Origin: Hypanus sabinus
Lineage: Eukaryota
Length of the DNA stretch: 64,000 bases
Direction: 5' to 3'
NCBI RefSeq assembly: GCF_030144855.1
Contig: NC_082727.1
Span: 18,724,001 to 18,788,000, forward strand
Shown here: piece by piece, positions 61,746 through 64,000 of the stretch
Numbering within the stretch: the first letter of the stretch is position 1
Layout of the letters: each line of letters opens with the position of its first letter
Notes under the pieces: model-generated
What the model saw: the letters and a program-made list of their open reading frames with translations, nothing else
Told to the model about the DNA's origin: nothing
Databases searched by the model: none
Translations under genes and position numbers: made by a program

Positions 61746-62799
61746 CCTCATGTATGTGAAGGATGTAAGTAGTAAAGTCAATTCAATACATTTTTTTGTC
61801 TTTTATTTTCATTTTTTTTAAATTTTTATTTATTTTTGTGTTTGCACTTTATTCCACTGTAAAGCACTTTGAACTACATCATCTGTATGAAAAGTGCCCT
61901 ATAAATACGTTATTATTATGAAGGACTGAGGCAGAGTGAAAAGCTTGACTTGCATTCTGTCCGTACAGATGAACGTTACACAGTGCATTGAGGTAGAACA
62001 AGGTAAAACTATACCAGACCCAGAATAAAGAGTTGCAGAGAAAGTGAAGTACAGTGCAGGTAGACACTAAGGTAGAAGAGGTAGATTGTGAGGTCGAGAG
62101 TCCATTTAGGGAACTATTCAGAACTTCCTAAGTCCTCTGAAAGGAATTATTCAGTCTGATGTCAATGTGGGATTCAGGATTATTTGGAGGGAATATCGTG
62201 GACAGGACATGCATATAATGACGCTGATGACTATGGATGAGTCACCATGATAGGCTAATGGCTCTCTGTTTCCTTGTTTTAACGCAGCACTTCAACAGCA
62301 CCTTCAGGAAGTCTGACAGAATCTTGTTCTCACTTACCAACAGCCTCCCCATTAAACAATCCTGCTTCCTCTTCCAAAGGTGCTGCCTGACTTGATGAGT
62401 GTTTTCAACATGTTTTGTAAATTTATCTAGATACAGCAGAGTAAAGGGTCCTTTCCGGCCCATTGAGTCCATACTTCCCAATTATGCTCATGTGACCAAT
62501 TAACCTACTAACCGGTACATCTTTGGATTGAGGGAGAAGTATGATTGAACAGCGGAACTGACTCCATGGGCTGTATGGCCTAATTCTGCTCCAATGTCAT
62601 ACGGTCTTAAAGAAACTGGAGCACTTGGATGAAATAGACTCCTTACGGAAAGCGGCAGGAATTAAACTCAGGGCACTAGCACTGTAATAGTGTTGCACTA
62701 ACTTATGCACTGTCATGCCTGCTCTAAAACTCCAGCTAGTGGTGATGAGAAATTTCTGCATTATCAGACCACAAAATTAGTGCCTCCAAGGCTGATTCC

Positions 62800-63270
62800 C
62801 ATGAGGTTTCTGAGCCTGAGGAGATGCCATGAAAGACTTGCAAGTTTCTATAGATATTCGGTGGAGAAGATTCTGACTGGCTGCATCACCATCTGCCTGG
62901 AAGCCTCACTGCACGGGATTGAAAGAGGCTCCAGAGGGTTGTAGACTCATCACGGGCACAACTGTCTCCACCATCCAGGACATCTTCAAAAGGCAGTGCC
63001 TCAAGAAGGCAGCATCGATCACAAACGACCCACGCTGTCTGGGACATCCTCTCATTACTACAATCAGGGAGGAGATACATGAGCCTGTAGACCCACACTC
63101 AATGTTTCTTCCCCTCCGCTATCATATTCTAAACGGTCAATGAACACAAGTTATTCCCTTTTTTCTGCACTATTTATTTATTTTTGAAACTTATAGTAAC
63201 TTGATGTCTTTACACTGTCCTATGACCACAAATCAACAAGTTTCAGGTTGAATAAACTGATTCTGATCCC
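62800..63270 (+). mobile_element. Rex1/Babar-like LINE 3' fragment
   Basis: VEKILTGCIT and TIQDIFKRQCLKKAASI relics. Confidence 0.7.
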
Positions 63271-63797
63271 GTGCAATCTACTGCACAGCACATCTTTTAC
63301 CTCAGAGTCACTTTCCTGCACTACTCCCGTGTTTCTTAAAACTTTTATTTCTATTTCTATTAGAGATTCAGCAGATTAACAGTCCCCTCTGGCCCAATGA
63401 GCATGCACCCCCTAATTACAGCCATGTAACCAATTCAACTACTAACCTATACATTTTGGGAATGGGGGTAGAACTCAGAATTCCCTGAGGAAACCCATGC
63501 GGCAACGGGGAGAACCTACGAACTCCTTACAGACAGTGGTGGAATTGAACCCGGGATGTTGGCGCTGTCATAGCGTCATGCTAGCCACTACACTACCATA
63601 CTTTCCTGCCCTGTTATGCCTTGATAACTGAGAAGCCGTGACTCTGTGCTGAGATTGTACATAATTCATGGGTTGCTTTCGGTATAATTCGATGTCTCTC
63701 CATTGAGAAGTCCTGGCCAGAACAGGCACTTGAGAGCCACGAGACAGTGACGATAAGCTCATTTGCTGAACATGGAACACTGAAATCCAGTACCCAC

Positions 63798-63971
63798 CTG
63801 CTGGTACCACACCTGGGCTGTCTTCACACCAGCCCCCCAGATGTTGGCAAAAACCTCCAGCACAGAGACGCTGTCATTGATGTAGTCCAGCTTGCGCAGG
63901 TGCCCAGTTTCTAGGATCTCCCAAATCTTCTCGGCCATCCGCTTGCCGATTCCTGGGATCTGACAGGCCTC
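63798..63971 (-). CDS. POLL: POLL exon, 8-kDa lyase/fingers HhH region ([29 protein letters not shown]...[14 protein letters not shown])
   Basis: ccgtag / gtgggt boundaries on -; 174 nt; [11 protein letters not shown] and IWGAG HhH motifs. Upstream exons lie outside the window. Confidence 0.96.
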
Positions 63972-64000
63972 CTACGGAAAGTAAGGGGAAGGCTGGCTCA

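Overview
This is vertebrate genomic DNA. The CR1, Penelope, SINE and Tc1-MITE repeat complement suggests a cartilaginous fish, probably a ray (inference). Two protein-coding genes converge tail-to-tail. (1) OGA/MGEA5 (O-GlcNAcase) lies on +. Exons 2-16 run from 6340 to the TAA at 41667-41669, all with GT-AG introns, and join into one open frame (2558 nt plus 1 nt from exon 1, which is upstream of the window). (2) POLL (DNA polymerase lambda) lies on -. Its last four coding exons are 63798-63971, 59740-59868, 53018-53186 and 48483-48844, and its 5' part lies beyond the window. Most introns are filled with decayed CR1, Rex1/L2-like, L1, Penelope, SINE, Tc1 and hAT elements. The strongest signal is OGA introns 10-11 (20914-27220). 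They are almost free of transposons and contain an in-frame 54-nt cassette exon with a TACTAAC branch point, a read-through stop that would give a short OGA, a weak exon-11 acceptor with a decoy micro-exon just upstream, and several CpG-retaining candidate poison or decoy exons. Together these look like an O-GlcNAc-responsive splicing module (inference). Other notable items: OGA-POLL adjacency that differs from the recalled human order; a perfect 43-bp-stem hairpin; an L1 with a twin-priming-type 5' inversion; a young hAT with a perfect 8-bp TSD; a composite double Tc1-MITE; Penelope hammerhead-ribozyme relics; a head-to-head CR1 inverted repeat; and a minisatellite with a 155-bp higher-order repeat. 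All coordinates were read by eye and TE boundaries are approximate unless a TSD is given.
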